Assembly (NCBI RefSeq): GCF_902652985.1
Contig: NC_047015.1
Span: forward strand, 35,030,001-35,094,000
Origin: Pecten maximus
Taxonomy: Eukaryota
Direction of reading: 5' to 3'
DNA length: 64,000 nt
How positions within the stretch are numbered: the first letter of the stretch is position 1; every line of letters begins with the position of its first letter. Under the pieces are notes generated by a model. It made no database searches, was not told the origin of the DNA, and was given only the letters and a program-made list of their open reading frames with translations. The position numbers and the translations under genes were made by a program. Shown piece by piece: positions 53,601-62,000 of this stretch.

Positions 53601-55224
53601 AACAGGAAGTAAATATAGATAGTGGTTACTATCAACAGGTGGTCAATATACACATGTGATCGCTTTTAACAGTTTGTCAATATAAACAAGTGGTCGCTAT
53701 CAACAGGTTGTCAATATAGACAGGTGGTCACAATCAACAGGAAGTCATTACCAGATAGTTACCCAGGGTTGTAAACATGGGTGGGCTTATTACCAGACAT
53801 GAGTCATTACCAGATAGTTACCCAGACTAACACTGTGTTACATTTTCAGTAAGGACCTGGCCTACCTTCTGCCTAAGACAATGAACAAGTTGTCGGACTT
53901 TCAGCCACAACAATGGGTTAACAGAATACACCACGAAATGAATGCTGCCAACCGTCTTGGACCTCTTAATTGCAAAGCTAAATTTGTTTGTAAGTCTTTA
54001 GTAGTTATCATTTTTGATAATTCTGCAGTCATGTGGTTTTCATCATGGTTTCAATCATTTTCATTAAATATGTACAAATATACTTCTCAATGCATGATTA
54101 TACTGCATACCTTTTAAACATTTTTTTTCAAAATTTGAATTGTTATCTAAAATTTGTGAATCTCTCTTTTTCACAAAATCTACCCTAGAAATAAGGAAAA
54201 ATAGAGAAAAAAACACCAGAGGTTTGTTTGTATTTATTTTACTGTCATAGCTAATTACACCCACATTTCTATATTACAGCTATTCTTTCGAGGTGGCCTC
54301 TGTTCGGATCTATATTCTTCATGGTCAAGGTAAGAACAAGGAAGATAAACATGTACAGTTTTATAAAATTAAACATGGTCTAGATAGATTTGCTCTTGTA
54401 GCTGAGTTTTAATATAATTGACTTTCATGAAATTGAATTTTGTACTTTTTGAGATATCAAATCATGTGATTCCTGACCTTCATGATGATATAAACAACAT
54501 ATGTTTACAGAATGCCCCCACACAGCCAGTCATCAGAGGAGACACCATTTTGGCTGTCAACAAAAATGGCATCCACTTCCTCAGTGAGGCAACTCATGTA
54601 AGTATTAGGCCTATTAATATAAAGTAAAATATTCTATAATTATTTTTCCATCAAACAAACAATATAGACCTTGATCACCTGAACTAATACCTACGCCGCA
54701 ACCTTCTGGAAAGGTGGATCTTTGATATGTAAACCTTGGTACTTCCTCCGACACATAACCCCATCACCATTAAATCTGACCTGACCTGTGACTACATACA
54801 TTGTTCATATTTTTGGTTGTGTTTCCTAGGAGACGATAATCCAGTACCAGTTTAGTGAAGTGATGTCAACGCGGCGCTACAGGAGCGACAGTAATCAGAA
54901 CTACCTTGATATGAAACTCGGCAATCTCATGGTGCAGAAAATAGTTCGCATTGAAACAGATCAGGTAAGTTTCAGGACATGCATGGTTCAAAAAACATTG
55001 TCTTGGTTTTTATAAATGATGATTGTTAAAATCTGACTCTTCATTGAGTTTTTGGTCTTAATCAAAAAAGCAAAACTAAAACGTCACAGCAAAAATTGAC
55101 TTTTTTTCTTCTTTTTTTTTTACAGGGATCCGACATTTCTAGCCTTATTGGACAATATATGCAAGTAATAAATCGTCATCGGAAACGACCCGCTGATAGA
55201 AATAGCATAGCACACAGGATGTGA
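1..55224 (+). CDS. MYO15A: Unconventional myosin XV-like gene (5'-partial; 47 exons in window, ~2315 aa): motor C-half, 3xIQ, charged helix, MyTH4-FERM, SH3, MyTH4-FERM
   Basis: Myosin motifs [27 protein letters not shown] and [14 protein letters not shown]. The tail order MyTH4-FERM(with long insert)-SH3-MyTH4-FERM matches class XV. All introns are GT-AG and the phases join without a frameshift (summed length 6950 nt, frame starts at nt 3). Confidence 0.9.
435..662 (+). CDS. MYO15A: Myosin XV exon, relay helix
   Basis: tttacag|[17 protein letters not shown]...DDECSFPQ|gtacgt. Confidence 0.95.
818..1905. repeat. 39-bp minisatellite, ~28 copies
   Basis: Unit gagttgtgtcccctgactaagacaaacctctgaagtcat. 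Confidence 0.97.
2114..2239 (+). CDS. MYO15A: Myosin XV motor exon
   Basis: [11 protein letters not shown]...[13 protein letters not shown]|gtaagt. Confidence 0.95.
2484..2561 (+). CDS. MYO15A: Myosin XV motor exon (its donor is amplified in the downstream array)
   Basis: [26 protein letters not shown]|gtaagt. Confidence 0.93.
2545..3806 (+). repeat. 39-bp minisatellite, ~32 copies, each containing the exon end plus 5' splice site
   Basis: Unit gtgagagtaaaaacagg|gtaagttatctggtattggaca. Confidence 0.97.
3807..4575. repeat. 25/30-bp compound minisatellite
   Basis: Core tggacaaggtca(g/c)catggtgtg; degrades toward the 3' end. Confidence 0.95.
4843..4997 (+). CDS. MYO15A: Myosin XV exon, loop 2 region
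   Basis: MIASMFKE...[19 protein letters not shown]; phase 0 to 2. Confidence 0.93.
5075..5830. repeat. 28-bp minisatellite, ~27 copies
   Basis: Unit gacattaagacttacacccaaacaccat. Confidence 0.97.
5878..6048 (+). CDS. MYO15A: Myosin XV exon, SH2/SH1 region
   Basis: [12 protein letters not shown]...[19 protein letters not shown]. Confidence 0.95.
6205..6325 (+). CDS. MYO15A: Myosin XV exon, converter
   Basis: YRFLL...YRIGATK|gtaaga. Confidence 0.93.
8593..8768 (+). CDS. MYO15A: Myosin XV exon, converter end + IQ1/IQ2
   Basis: VFMKE...[14 protein letters not shown]...IQAVIKTW. Confidence 0.93.
8850..13120. repeat. 48-bp minisatellite, ~85-88 copies, interspersed variant repeats
   Basis: Unit atgttgatgtacaatctcccagcctgtggtacctgtgatagagggtct. 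Confidence 0.98.
14130..14640. repeat. Degenerate dispersed/tandem repeat (MITE-end-like)
   Basis: Recurrent ccaggggtcagttaagacagg and acaggtgtcagattatacagg blocks. Confidence 0.6.
15340..15548. repeat. 26-bp minisatellite, ~8 copies
   Basis: gaggtttggccacattctctag(a/g)cta. Confidence 0.95.
15934..16105. repeat. 60-bp tandem repeat, ~3 copies
   Basis: attgagtgtgaggatatgaagtcaatgtgcccctccccttctgtataaagtataccacag. Confidence 0.95.
16935..17450. repeat. Degenerate gacaacctgt/aaacctctat repeats (MITE-derived)
   Basis: Recurrent agagacaacctgtttataaggac and ggacaacctgtctgtat. Confidence 0.5.
18619..18845 (+). mobile_element. tRNA-derived SINE
   Basis: A-box tggccaagtgg, B-box gagttcgaaac, body ggtggttttc...ggctttcctccac, tail taaaccaaatcaaa. 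Confidence 0.85.
20508..20592 (+). CDS. MYO15A: Myosin XV exon, IQ3
   Basis: ctttcag|[28 protein letters not shown]|gtaagg; phase 2 to 0. Confidence 0.9.
21542..21631 (+). CDS. MYO15A: Myosin XV exon, E/R/K-rich helix (SAH or coiled coil)
   Basis: [30 protein letters not shown]|gtaagt. Confidence 0.9.
24415..25127. repeat. 53-bp minisatellite, ~13 copies
   Basis: gagggatactgtacctatgtatcacctgtatatagagacagctcaatctcctt. Confidence 0.97.
26450..28135. repeat. Degenerate 17-20-bp tagacaggtg/gagaggtggtt array interrupted by a HINE
   Basis: The same units occur on both sides of 26817-27760. Confidence 0.9.
26817..27760 (+). mobile_element. Helentron-associated non-autonomous element (HINE/Pearl-like)
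   Basis: 5' subTIR agtcccccaccgg (26821) with adjacent inverted copy, (GTCC)n microsatellite, ~3.2 internal ~150-bp tandem repeats, 3' subTIR ccggtgggggact (27724), hairpin taattc-gtt-gaatta, T-rich ends. Confidence 0.88.
30067..30148 (+). CDS. MYO15A: Myosin XV exon
   Basis: [27 protein letters not shown]. Confidence 0.9.
30291..30424 (+). CDS. MYO15A: Myosin XV exon
   Basis: WQSVHTERH...[12 protein letters not shown]|gtaagt. Confidence 0.9.
30692..31880. repeat. 32-bp minisatellite, ~37 copies
   Basis: cagctgtcacctcataccatcatatagtggta. Confidence 0.97.
32875..32973 (+). CDS. MYO15A: Myosin XV exon, MyTH4-1 start
   Basis: [18 protein letters not shown]...AVSVFKM. Confidence 0.9.
33511..33585 (+). 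CDS. MYO15A: Myosin XV exon, MyTH4-1
   Basis: ILRYMGD...DYIVQM|gtaagt. Confidence 0.93.
33682..33842 (+). CDS. MYO15A: Myosin XV exon, MyTH4-1
   Basis: [12 protein letters not shown]...[14 protein letters not shown]. Confidence 0.93.
34175..34325. repeat. 29-bp tandem repeat, ~5 copies
   Basis: actaagaggtccaacacaattaagatttc. Confidence 0.9.
34518..34600 (+). repeat. Exact 40-bp tandem duplication spanning a 3' splice site
   Basis: tgttttacctgttgtcag|gtttgtttcggatgttggattt x2. Confidence 0.95.
34579..34748 (+). CDS. MYO15A: Myosin XV exon, MyTH4-1 end (duplicated acceptor upstream)
   Basis: [11 protein letters not shown]...[10 protein letters not shown]...FAD; only the second of two identical acceptors keeps frame. 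Confidence 0.9.
35117..35189 (+). CDS. MYO15A: Myosin XV exon, FERM-1 start
   Basis: [14 protein letters not shown]. Confidence 0.9.
35411..35617 (+). CDS. MYO15A: Myosin XV exon
   Basis: GWTVVL...[22 protein letters not shown]. Confidence 0.92.
35796..36625 (+). CDS. MYO15A: Myosin XV large exon, disordered insert
   Basis: Within ORF 35767..36690; tatag acceptor, cag|gtaggg donor; phases fit. Confidence 0.88.
36817..36917 (+). CDS. MYO15A: Myosin XV exon, Gln-rich
   Basis: [33 protein letters not shown]. Confidence 0.88.
37055..37924 (+). CDS. MYO15A: Myosin XV large exon, Gln/Pro-rich insert
   Basis: Within ORF 37061..37945; includes [16 protein letters not shown]. Confidence 0.9.
38076..38223 (+). 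CDS. MYO15A: Myosin XV exon with 3x EQKLGTK coding repeat
   Basis: ttcag acceptor, gtaagt donor; phase 0 to 1. Confidence 0.85.
38141..38204 (+). repeat. Exact 21-bp coding tandem repeat x3
   Basis: gagcagaaactgggaaccaag x3. Confidence 0.95.
38691..38914 (+). CDS. MYO15A: Myosin XV exon
   Basis: PPPLPK...[13 protein letters not shown]. Confidence 0.9.
39176..39311 (+). CDS. MYO15A: Myosin XV exon, FERM-1
   Basis: [11 protein letters not shown]...IFCQVVEDV...CIRI. Confidence 0.92.
39746..39867 (+). CDS. MYO15A: Myosin XV exon, FERM-1
   Basis: [15 protein letters not shown]|gtaagt. Confidence 0.92.
40287..40493 (+). CDS. MYO15A: Myosin XV exon, FERM-1 F3 lobe
   Basis: [12 protein letters not shown]...VFYTNR. 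Confidence 0.92.
40815..40865 (+). CDS. MYO15A: Myosin XV exon
   Basis: [17 protein letters not shown]|gtatga. Confidence 0.9.
41034..41148 (+). CDS. MYO15A: Myosin XV exon, SH3 N-half
   Basis: YVIAVKDY...[12 protein letters not shown]. Confidence 0.93.
41326..41426 (+). CDS. MYO15A: Myosin XV exon, SH3 C-half
   Basis: [19 protein letters not shown]. Confidence 0.93.
41607..41657 (+). CDS. MYO15A: Myosin XV small symmetric exon
   Basis: ttgcag|[17 protein letters not shown]|gtgagt; phase 0-0. Confidence 0.75.
41750..42200. repeat. 28-bp (and 18-bp) minisatellite abutting an acceptor
   Basis: cagattatacataatatacgtaatgtga. Confidence 0.95.
42211..42323 (+). CDS. MYO15A: Myosin XV exon
   Basis: [15 protein letters not shown]. 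Confidence 0.9.
43893..43996 (+). CDS. MYO15A: Myosin XV linker exon (possibly alternative)
   Basis: [23 protein letters not shown]...; phase 2 to 1 bridges the flanking exons; donor gtgacg is weak. Confidence 0.75.
44192..44370. repeat. ~30-bp repeat carrying ACTAAC, ~5-6 copies
   Basis: ccaaacacttggctccgcccactaacgttc. Confidence 0.9.
44401..44645. repeat. 49-bp tandem repeat x5
   Basis: ccacatacttacagtgaccttcacatttgatggagggtagtatctcaca. Confidence 0.95.
45565..46016. mobile_element. Non-autonomous TIR element with TTAA TSD (Kolobok-like MITE or solo repeat)
   Basis: ttaa|agaggcttacccgcaga ... tctgcgggcaagcctct|ttaa; 17-bp TIR with 1 mismatch, AG...CT termini. Confidence 0.88.
46217..46269 (+). 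CDS. MYO15A: Myosin XV exon
   Basis: [17 protein letters not shown]|gtgagt. Confidence 0.9.
47443..47515 (+). CDS. MYO15A: Myosin XV exon, MyTH4-2
   Basis: [10 protein letters not shown]...LALECFL. Confidence 0.92.
47793..47869 (+). CDS. MYO15A: Myosin XV exon, MyTH4-2
   Basis: VMKFMGDYP. Confidence 0.92.
48057..48139 (+). CDS. MYO15A: Myosin XV exon, MyTH4-2
   Basis: [16 protein letters not shown]. Confidence 0.93.
48361..48586 (+). CDS. MYO15A: Myosin XV exon, MyTH4-2
   Basis: [11 protein letters not shown]...[15 protein letters not shown]. Confidence 0.93.
48953..49033 (+). CDS. MYO15A: Myosin XV exon, FERM-2 start
   Basis: [12 protein letters not shown]...|gtaagt. Confidence 0.9.
49235..52035. 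repeat. 33-bp minisatellite split by a 2.4-kb insertion
   Basis: aacaggtgtattctatgtacagataaactaatt at 49235-49450 and 51851-52035. Confidence 0.93.
49451..51850. mobile_element. Non-autonomous element with 649-bp long terminal direct repeats, each bounded by 18-bp TIRs (KolobokP-like architecture)
   Basis: Near-identical repeats 49451-50099 and 51202-51850; ends ggtagcagtgtacagtaa / ttactgtggtgtgctacc; TAT duplicated at the insertion site; 1.1-kb non-coding core. Confidence 0.85.
52053..52143 (+). CDS. MYO15A: Myosin XV exon, FERM-2
   Basis: [10 protein letters not shown]...EEYTLFLRT. Confidence 0.9.
52384..52550 (+). CDS. MYO15A: Myosin XV exon, FERM-2
   Basis: EEYILDV...[11 protein letters not shown]...YNELMFFQ. 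Confidence 0.92.
52793..52861 (+). CDS. MYO15A: Myosin XV exon, FERM-2
   Basis: [10 protein letters not shown]. Confidence 0.92.
53148..53212 (+). CDS. MYO15A: Myosin XV exon, FERM-2
   Basis: [13 protein letters not shown]; upstream TACTAAC branch site. Confidence 0.9.
53410..53745. repeat. Degenerate 16-17-bp acaggtggtt array
   Basis: gacaggtggttattatcaataggtggttaatata; related to the 26450-28135 array. Confidence 0.85.
53850..53989 (+). CDS. MYO15A: Myosin XV exon, FERM-2
   Basis: YLLPK...PQQWVN...KAKFV. Confidence 0.92.
54280..54329 (+). CDS. MYO15A: Myosin XV exon, FERM-2
   Basis: [16 protein letters not shown]. Confidence 0.92.
54511..54597 (+). CDS. MYO15A: Myosin XV exon, FERM-2 F3
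   Basis: [12 protein letters not shown]. Confidence 0.92.
54830..54964 (+). CDS. MYO15A: Myosin XV exon, FERM-2 F3
   Basis: [10 protein letters not shown]...[21 protein letters not shown]. Confidence 0.93.
55126..55224 (+). CDS. MYO15A: Myosin XV terminal coding exon
   Basis: [11 protein letters not shown]...RNSIAHRM then TGA. Confidence 0.92.
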   Translation, partial: GSDISSLIGQYMQVINRHRKRPADRNSIAHRM

Positions 55225-57906
55225 GAAGATCGAGTATGCCACATTGCCTGACTTTATAGAATGTTATAAAGGAGCCAGCTCGTGACATTCCTTAGTGTGA
55301 GATATGACATCATTATAGAAATCAACATGGCTGCAGGTGTTATATTGAATACAAAACTTCAACCCTTGTGTTTGTGAAAGTCATGATGGCAGATAAGATG
55401 TGGATTGGCCTGCTGGTGGGAGTTTGTTTTCAGGAGACATATGAAAGCAGTGTGAAGGTCTCTGTAGACATTATTATTATTTCCAAGGCCTTTGATGGTG
55501 AAGTCAAGATTTCAGGCCATAACACAAGGATGTCAACCTTCAAAAACTGCCAAAGGAATGATAGATTTATAATGTTAAGAGTTCTTAACCAAAAAAAATT
55601 TGTATATTATTAACTAGTTTTACTGGGAAAATAAATGGAAACATTATGATTGTGTGGTAAAATATAGACTTTGATATGGCTGTGTTTTATAGACCGCAAA
55701 CAAGAACGGTCATGTGCTAATAAATATTATATGGATAGATGAAATGTTCACGCCAAATCCTATAAGAGTAGCAGCACCATATGTGCTATATAAACCATTC
55801 CTAAAGTGAAAGTACACATACTGAGCCTCGGTGTGTTTAGTAGAACATATCTGGTGTGTGTTGGAATCACAGTAACTTATACATAATATATGTGATACTT
55901 ATATCGGGGGTTTGTGAGTCATTTCATTTGTTTATAGAGAACTCAAAAATCCTGTACATTTATGTAACAGATATCTACTGTATGTTACCAATTCGTTTGT
56001 AATCAGATTTATGCATATAATGCTTATAAATATAATTCTATATATATATATATATATATATTTGTGTTTATCAGAGGCTATTGTGATATATATAACATTC
56101 CATTGTTGTTTGTTGCTATGGTTACAGAATTTTTGTTTTCCCCTTATACAGGAAATATTGGTTCTGTAACTCTGTACAGAATTCTACGTAGACATTTATC
56201 ATTGTTAATGATTACATTTATATTTTGCCTATTTGCATAACACTGAGAAAAATGTTAGTTGTATTCATTAAGGGAAAAAATAAAAACAGACTTCTGGAAA
56301 GGACACAACTGCTTTTAGTGAACCAATGCTGTCCCATTATCACAAGAAATATGACTTTAACAAGAACATTAATTCACTTCAAGTTTTTATTGAGATAAGA
56401 TACACACAGAGGAGAGGCAATGACAAGTTTCCTTCATAAAAACACTGATTTGGTTATGTTGAGAAAGCCTGTATTTGACCTGAATCGAGGTAATACTGTA
56501 ATACTGTTATATACTACATATTTAAATGAAATTCTATAAGGATTAATGTATATCTATTGTTATTGTTCAGTTAATATGATCACATGACTAACACTACACG
56601 TTATGGCCGTCACTGGTAAGGGGAGATAATTAGGTTACCTCCCTTTGTCAGTTTCTCTTGTATATTGATTATCACTTCTATTCAAACTTTGTTGACAAAA
56701 TAAAAAAAAAAAAGCATGTTCATCATAAGCTGATTTAGTCTGCACATATTTAGAACAACCTGGCTAAATCCCAAGTCAAACAACAACAACAAGATATTTA
56801 TTCTTGGGAATCCATATATGCAAGTAATAGAACCCAACACTGAAATATTACCAGGTTCAATTTAGACAGGGTCGTTTTAGACAGGGTTTCAGTTTGTACT
56901 GATGGAGGTTTTAATGACTGTACTCTACGAGATTCTTAAGTTCTCTTGTGAGGAGAGTTTGTGAAGTGAAATATGTATTTCATTGTGAAGATAAATTTCT
57001 TGTGAAAATTTACTGAGACACAATTATAAATTGAAGTATCTTTATATCTTTCATCATTCATTTTCCAAAGTGGAGTCCTCATAAGTCATTCATTTGAAAC
57101 ATTTGGAGAAATCAAGATATATATATATATTTATCACATATGATTATAGAAATGTTTAATTTCCCATGCTGTATCTGTATAGACATTTAACATGAAGAGG
57201 CAAAGGCATACATGTTCTGCAGGCAAGTTTGAATGAAGAATGTTAATTTACATAAATAATACATTAATAAATATCAAACATATTAATCCGTCATGTTTAT
57301 ATACCAAGTTGTATTCAGTGTGTACTTGGCAAGGTCAGTTAAGCTTGTTCTGTTAAAAAAGTTTGTTTGACATTTGACCTTTACCTTACCTGCTGACAAA
57401 GCTAATTAGCATATATATAGCTGATGTAACTTGCTGTGTGACCCTTGTTGCTAAATAAGTCAATGCTAGATGAAAGTTGCTATGGAAACAATTTCAAATC
57501 CAAGGATCTGATATCATTTGCAAAAAATGTCTACAAATAATTTTCATGGATGTATGTGTTGGTAAAATTTTTGTTTTAGAGATCTGAAATGGTGATCTGG
57601 AAATAAGATATGTGGAATGAAATCTACAGGTATATTGACAAAAGTACATAGGCCTTCTGTTATTCATAATTGCCAAGTGTATACACATGGCAATGTGGTA
57701 TTCATTGGGACACGAAGCCGAGGGTCTCATTGGTCATCTGGTTTGTTTCCTTTCTTTTCGCAATATTTGTTGACGTATTTGTAATTTTAATCTCACTGAC
57801 AAAGTTTGAAAAACTTAAGCTGCCAAATGAACATTTGTACAGAGTGACTGAAATCATAAACAAAATTGTCTTTGTGATTTTAGTTTGTCAGTTGTGTCCA
57901 AGTATA

Positions 57907-57980
57907 AATAAATGTTCACATTCAATGACATGAATATTACATGATTAATAAAATATTCAGTGATCAAATTATGTTTTTGT
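57907..57980 (+). terminator. Probable polyadenylation signals of the myosin XV transcript
   Basis: AATAAA at 57907 and 57947 followed by a GT/T-rich tract; other AATAAA sites exist upstream (e.g. ~56699). Confidence 0.4.
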
Positions 57981-59879
57981 CAGGTATAGGAATAAATTAA
58001 TCAAAATGAGGAGGGTCCACAAAATTAATTTGTTTCATATTGTCTCAATATTTGTGACACAGGAGTAAAAAAAAAGTTGAGATTTTTTAAACCCAGAGAA
58101 ATGTTGGGAAGACACTGAAACAATTTACGGTAAATTATTTGCATATTCAAATTTCTCACATTTCTTGCAATTTGCATATTCGAATTTTTCACTTATCTTG
58201 CATCATAAGATAAGTGCTAATGTTTGAAAGATGATTTTTTTCAATGAGATAGAAAGGAATCAGTGAAGTATAGAATGTCATTTAAATCATGATGTGAAGG
58301 CTTCTTATTGACTGTATTAGATAGAACAGATGACCAGTACCGCCACTGTTTTAATTCAATACAGATGCTTTATAAATATACTGTACTTATGCAAATCAAA
58401 ATATTTATGATTTTTACTTTACAATACACTACATGGTAGTTTACATATATTCTTCCATAAATCAAAGATTTGTATAGTTTTCATTTCGAGCCACACTTAT
58501 CCATTGTTCTTTCTTCACTTTTAATGCTTCCAGACAAATACAAGTAGGAGTGGTTATAATCGGAATTACACCAAACAATAGAAATTATTTTACATTAGAA
58601 TTAGTAGAATTATTGGATATGGTTGAAGAATATTATTTCATGTCTCAAATGTTTCTAGTCCAAAACTCACTGGATATTTTTTAAAAGACAAAAAATTAGA
58701 TTGTTCCAGGGAATGTAAGATATTCGGTGCAAATTAAACAGACAAGCTTCTTTTTTTAATTTCTTAATCAAACACATTTTTATACATTGTAGCAGTCAAA
58801 CATTCTTCACAGTTTCACACAGAGTTATGGCAAAGCTAAAGTTGCCAATGAAGAAAAGCGAACTCTTTATGCTAGGTTAAGTCAAGACACTGTAAAATAC
58901 GTTGTATTCATGGTAATTGGATAGTTTGAATTAATTCAAGTTAAAAGTTATTTCAGTTTTAGAAGGGAGTTAACTCATAATGTCAATCTAAAATCTAAGG
59001 TAGCACGTTCCCATTCAAAAATGTGTACATTATTATCTACAGTATTGTCCACATAAACTAATAGACTGTAGTCATGGGTGTATATCAAAAGTTTAATTTC
59101 TATCATCAAAGAAATTAGTTTTCTATGTTCTCACCAGTATGGTAGACCAATATTTTTTCGTGTTCTGAAAAAAAAATGGAAAAAATATGCTGAATTCATT
59201 TATATATAATTTGCATAAAAATGATCACAGAAAAAATTTTCCTTTTATTTATATCTTAAACAATTTGAAAAGTAAGCAGATATATTTCATGAAATATATT
59301 CATGAAAATCCCTTCTCTTGTATAAGAGCTCAAATTACATTATGAAAATTTGAAGGTTGATAGATTATAAAGCTATGTGTTTATGACAAATTATATATGT
59401 GCAATCATGATATAGCGTCTGTTGTAAATTATATACAGTGGGGTTTATATGCTACAATTAGTATGTCAATTAACCTTCTATATTTTTATATTTTCATGAG
59501 CAATAAACATTTTAAGTAATCAAAATAATTAAGTTTTGTTTTGTTTTATATAAACTTGGCCAATAACTGATTGTCTGATCTTGGTGCCCACTATTCTTTG
59601 GTTCTGCATAAGTTCCTTGTTGCTATTTGCTGTACATGTATATCTTGTATCGGCAGCTGTACCAATGGTAAATGAATAATTAAGTAGCATGTTCATTGCT
59701 TCATATTCCTGGAGATAATGTTGATCACATATAGACTAGAAAAGTTAAGTATACACTAGAGAAGATGTGAAGGTTGGATCAGTACTTTCTCTGATAGACT
59801 TAAAGTATTGCTTTTAAAAAACCATCCTGGTTTCGTTTCTGATCTTAATCAAACGCAGTATGCACAAGTAGCAGCAGAA

Positions 59880-60170
59880 CCCTGAGAAATAGCAGATCCC
59901 TTCAGTAATATCTGAGAGTAACAGATCCCTTAGTAATATCCGAGAAATAGGAGATCCCTTCAGTAATATCCGAGAAATAACAGATCCCTTCAGTTATATC
60001 CGAGAAATAACAGATCTCTTTGGTAATGTCTGTGAAATAGGAGATCCCTTCAGTAATATATGAGAAATAGCAGATCCCTTCAGTAATATCTGAGAAATAG
60101 GAAATCTCTTTGGTAATGTCTGTGAAATAGGAAATCCCTTCAGTAATATCTGAAAAAGAAGATCCTTCCA
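59880..60170. repeat. 30-bp tandem repeat, ~9 copies
   Basis: gagaaatagcagatcccttcagtaatatct. Confidence 0.92.
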
Positions 60171-60264
60171 GAAACAGCTAGCACCATTGAGTTTCAGGAT
60201 CAAAGATGACTACCTATCTTGGTTTTCGATCAGTCCGAAAATACAATATAGGTACCTAGGCACC

Positions 60265-60895
60265 ATGAGAGGTCTGCTGGTGTTGCCACAAACAAGACCA
60301 TATACAGTGATGAGGTCTTCTGGTGTCGTCACAAACAAGACCATATACAGTGATGAGGTCTGCTGGTGTCGCCACAAACAAGACCATATATAGTGATGAG
60401 GTCTACTGGTGTCGCCACAAACAAGACCATATACAGTGATGAGGTCTGCTGGTGTCGCCACAAACAAGACCATATATAGTGATGAGGTCTACTGGTGTCG
60501 CCACAAACAAGACCATATACAGTGATGAGGTCTGCTGGTGTCGCCACAAACAAGACCATATATAGTGATGAGGTCTACTGGTGTCGCCACAAACAAGACC
60601 ATATACAGTGATGAGGTCTGCTGGTGTCGTCACAAACAAGACCATATATAGTGATGAGGTCTGCTAGTGTCGCCACAAACAAGACCATATACAGTGATGA
60701 GGTCTACTGGTGTCGTCACAAACAAAACCATATATAGTGATGAGGTCTGCTGGTGTCGCCACAAACAAGACCATATACAGTGATGAGGTCTGCTGGTGTC
60801 GTCAGTGACAAGACCATATATAGTGATGAGGTATACTGGTGTCGTCACAAACAAGACCATATATAATGATGAGGTCTGCTGGTGTCGTCACAAAG
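60265..60895. repeat. 43-bp minisatellite, ~14 copies
   Basis: gatgaggtctgctggtgtcgccacaaacaagaccatatacagt. Confidence 0.96.
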
Positions 60896-60954
60896 CAGCC
60901 CCACTTAATGATGGGATATGATGGTGTCATCATAAATGAGGCCCATATCATACT

Positions 60955-61675
60955 CAGTCGTTCCTTTTTTGAGTTATTCGAATGACAAGGTTTTGTACGA
61001 GTGTGTTTTTAGGATCTCCTTATTGTAAACTCTGAAGGACAGACAGCGAGTCAGAACAAATTATTGCCTTTTTAATGCGGTGTTCGAGGGCCAAACCGAT
61101 GGCACTTGCTTCCGCAGAGAAAATCGAGGCACCATCTGGTAAACGGATTAAAGAACAATGGTGATCGGTGTAACATGCTGCTGAGACATTTTTACCATAT
61201 TTTGAGCATCAGTGTAGATCTGAACATGATCGTGAAAATCTGCAATGCACTTCCGAAAGGAGGATTTGTGTTCTTCGCGTAATGCACACGACTTTGCCCT
61301 CTCATGCAGAGCAAGGTTAATATCGAGTGTTTCATTAAGCCACGGTGGTACATCAGATACGATGTACTCGACTATGATGTCTAAACTGATGTTTCGTTCC
61401 TGTAGAAAGTTTGAGATTCTTATGCCAAATGTTAGCAATAGGTTTTGGTTTTTAATGAATATGTGTTCGGTATTGCGGATTGAAAACAAGATTGAAAGCT
61501 GTGTTTTCATGTCCGACTTCAATTGAACAGCATACTGTAGAGCCAGTTTTTTTTCCTTCCATCATTTGAAGATGGCTCTTTTGCCTCCACATAAAGGCTT
61601 TGCACTGGTGTTGTTCGAAAAGCACCAAGTGTTAGACAGTAGTCCTTGGTTATGGATAGGATCAAACATCTTGAG
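60955..61675 (-). mobile_element. Degenerate I/Nimb-group non-LTR retrotransposon fragment (post-RT region + RNase H)
   Basis: Minus strand, across frameshifts: LKMFDPIHNQGL, LGAFRTTPVQSLYVEAKEPS, PPW, QIYTD, RLPDGASIFSAEASAIGLAL, IICSDSLSVLQSL. Confidence 0.85.
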
Positions 61676-62000
61676 GTCTGCTGGTGTCGTCACAAAGGTG
61701 GTCCACATGATGACGAGGTCTGCTGGTGTCGTCACAAAGGTGGTCCACATGATGACGAGGTATGCTGGTGTCGACACAAAGGTGGTCCACATGATGATGA
61801 GGTCTGCCGGTGTCGTCACAAAGGTGGTCCACATGATGATGAGGTCTGCTGGTGTCGTCACAAAGGTGGTCCACATGATGACGAGGTCTGCTGGTGTCGT
61901 CACAAAGGTGGTCCACATGATGACGAGGTCTGCTGGTGTCGTCACAAAGGTGGTCCACATGATGACAAGGTCTGCTGGTGTCGTCACAAAGGAGGTCCAC
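61672..62000. repeat. 42-bp minisatellite, ~8 copies (same family as the 43-bp array)
   Basis: gaggtctgctggtgtcgtcacaaaggtggtccacatgatgac; two more diverged copies at 62363-62445. Confidence 0.96.

Noticed and set aside
58996-59460. Further GGTAGCA-ended element (taaggtagcac...)
   Set aside because: The left end resembles the 49451 termini, but I found no convincing right TIR or TSD.
818-62000. Direct-repeat arrays as possible CRISPR arrays
   Set aside because: Units are head-to-tail with no unique spacers, there are no cas genes, and the context is eukaryotic and intronic.
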